Positions 49,108 to 50,281 of a DNA stretch of 50,281 bases are shown one piece after another. Numbering within the stretch: position 1 is the first letter of the stretch; every line of letters starts with the position of its first letter. Source of the DNA: Deltaproteobacteria bacterium. Its GTDB lineage: Bacteria; Myxococcota_A; Polyangia; HGW-17. The position numbers and the translations under genes are program-made. The stretch spans positions 1-50,281 of the forward strand of contig JAQICJ010000302.1 in the NCBI GenBank assembly GCA_027858615.1. Direction: 5' to 3'. The notes below the pieces were generated by a model. That model was not told the origin of the DNA. It saw nothing but the letters and a program-made list of their open reading frames with translations, and made no database searches.

Positions 49108-50085
49108 ATGAGATCATTATCCGGAGTAAAACCTACTGGTTCTCTACATATTGGCAACTATTTCGGTGCAATTAAACAATTCATCAAATTACAAAACAAA
49201 TACGAAGGTTTTTATTTTGTAGCCGACTATCATTCTTTGAATACAGGAATAGAACCCAAAACATTACAAAAAGCTTCTTTGGAAATCATTTCCAATTACT
49301 TGGCTCTCGGTCTTGATCCCGATAAATCCACCATCTTTTTACAATCTCAAGTACCGGAAGTAGCCGAATTAACTTTGCTGCTTGGCAACATCACCCCCAT
49401 GGGACTTTTACAAAGAGCACATTCCTATAAAGATAAAATCGCCAAAGATATCCAGCCAAACCACGGACTTTTTTCTTATCCACTTTTGATGGCATCAGAT
49501 ATCCTTTTGTATGATTCGGATCTGGTTCCAGTTGGTAGAGATCAAAAACAACATCTGGAAATAACTCGTGATATTGCAATCAAATTCAACAATACCTATA
49601 ACCAGAAAGTCTTCAAAATCCCAGAACCTTTGATTCTGGATAATCTTGCCGTTGTCAAAGGAACTGATGGACGCAAAATGTCGAAATCATACGGAAATGT
49701 AATTGAAATTTTTGCCCCAAAAAAGAAACTGAAAAAACAGGTGATGGGAATTATTACCGATTCAATTCCCCTTGAACAACCTAAAGATCCTGATAAATGT
49801 AATGTTTTCTCCATCTATAAACTCTTTTCTTCCAAGGAAGAACAGGAAAAAATGCGAAGTAATTATCTGGGAGGAAATTATGGATATGGACACGCCAAAT
49901 TAGCTCTTTACAACAAAATCCTTGCTTATTTCGAACGATGTCGAATAAAAAAACAAAAACTTGAAGCAAACCCTCAATATGTAAAAGAAGTACTGGAAAT
50001 AGGTTCCAGCAAAGCCCGGAACATTGCCATTAAAAAAATATCCAAAGTAAAAAAAGTGATGGGCTTAATCGGAAATATCTACTAA
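49108..50085 (+). CDS. trpS: Tryptophan--tRNA ligase
   Basis: GVKPTGSLHIGNYFGA (HIGH) and KMSKS; 325 aa. Confidence 0.97.
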   Translation: MRSLSGVKPTGSLHIGNYFGAIKQFIKLQNKYEGFYFVADYHSLNTGIEPKTLQKASLEIISNYLALGLDPDKSTIFLQSQVPEVAELTLLLGNITPMGLLQRAHSYKDKIAKDIQPNHGLFSYPLLMASDILLYDSDLVPVGRDQKQHLEITRDIAIKFNNTYNQKVFKIPEPLILDNLAVVKGTDGRKMSKSYGNVIEIFAPKKKLKKQVMGIITDSIPLEQPKDPDKCNVFSIYKLFSSKEEQEKMRSNYLGGNYGYGHAKLALYNKILAYFERCRIKKQKLEANPQYVKEVLEIGSSKARNIAIKKISKVKKVMGLIGNIY

Positions 50086-50118
50086 ATCTTCTCTTTTTTT
50101 CTTCTTTCTCTTTTTCTT

Positions 50119-50137
50119 CCCTGACCGGGTCGAGTTT
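50119..50137 (+). repeat. Downstream copy of the GACCSGGTC motif flanking trpS
   Basis: TCCCTGACCGGGTCGAGTTTT. The palindromic core GACCGGGTC is the reverse complement of GACCCGGTC at 49051-49059. Confidence 0.35.
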
Positions 50138-50281
50138 TCCTCTTCCCCTGCCAACGGCTGTATCTATTTATATACCCCGCTTTTTCTATCATTTTTCTTC
50201 TTTTTTTCTTTTCGAAACTGATCGAAACTACCCAAAAACAGCAAAAAATAACCGACCAAAATACACTTGTCCCGTCTGAAC

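Overview
This is a gene-dense, low-GC (by eye under about 40%) bacterial chromosomal window, mostly housekeeping genes in tight co-directional blocks. I see no CRISPR array, transposase, integrase, phage genes or tRNA.

Contents in order:
- Minus strand, 1-9325: a V/A-type ATPase operon of the E / DUF2764-like / A / B / D / I type. Upstream on the same strand lie a 699-aa rhomboid protease, an orphan SctJ/YscJ-family ring lipoprotein and a HicB-like protein.
- efp-epmA, a convergent CapA-like gene, glmM, pdxJ and nnr.
- A complete rnfABCDGE operon.
- A DUF1232-like gene, then a Hanks Ser/Thr kinase, a HEAT-like protein and tcdA.
- A 620-bp ORF-free region, a Tex-like S1-domain protein, and RNase P RNA (minus strand).
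- proS plus two coupled unknown membrane proteins, an orphan multi-TM histidine kinase, and a CDF metal exporter.
- An eight-gene tightly packed cassette at 38.6-49.0 kb: PP2C phosphatase, FGE/SUMF1-domain protein, membrane kinase-like protein, Lgt-family enzyme, TPR lipoprotein, ABC ATPase, fused ABC-2 permease/GldG-like protein, DUF4340-like protein.
- trpS.

Most notable non-standard signals:
1. A roughly 165-nt hairpin repeat family with 14-bp terminal inverted repeats. It occurs as two full copies, a 59-nt mini copy and several fragments, all in intergenic DNA.
2. The 8-gene signalling/envelope-export cassette.
3. The SctJ-like lipoprotein and rhomboid lying co-directionally in front of the V-ATPase genes.
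4. Long polybasic C-terminal tails on RnfB and RnfG, and also on the HicB-like and Tex-like proteins.
5. A MinD-like C-terminal amphipathic motif on the Ser/Thr kinase.

All functional calls rest on motifs I recognised in the supplied translations or in my own manual translation. No database search was run. Lineage is uncertain; the gene content looks like a deltaproteobacterium-like or candidate-phylum organism.
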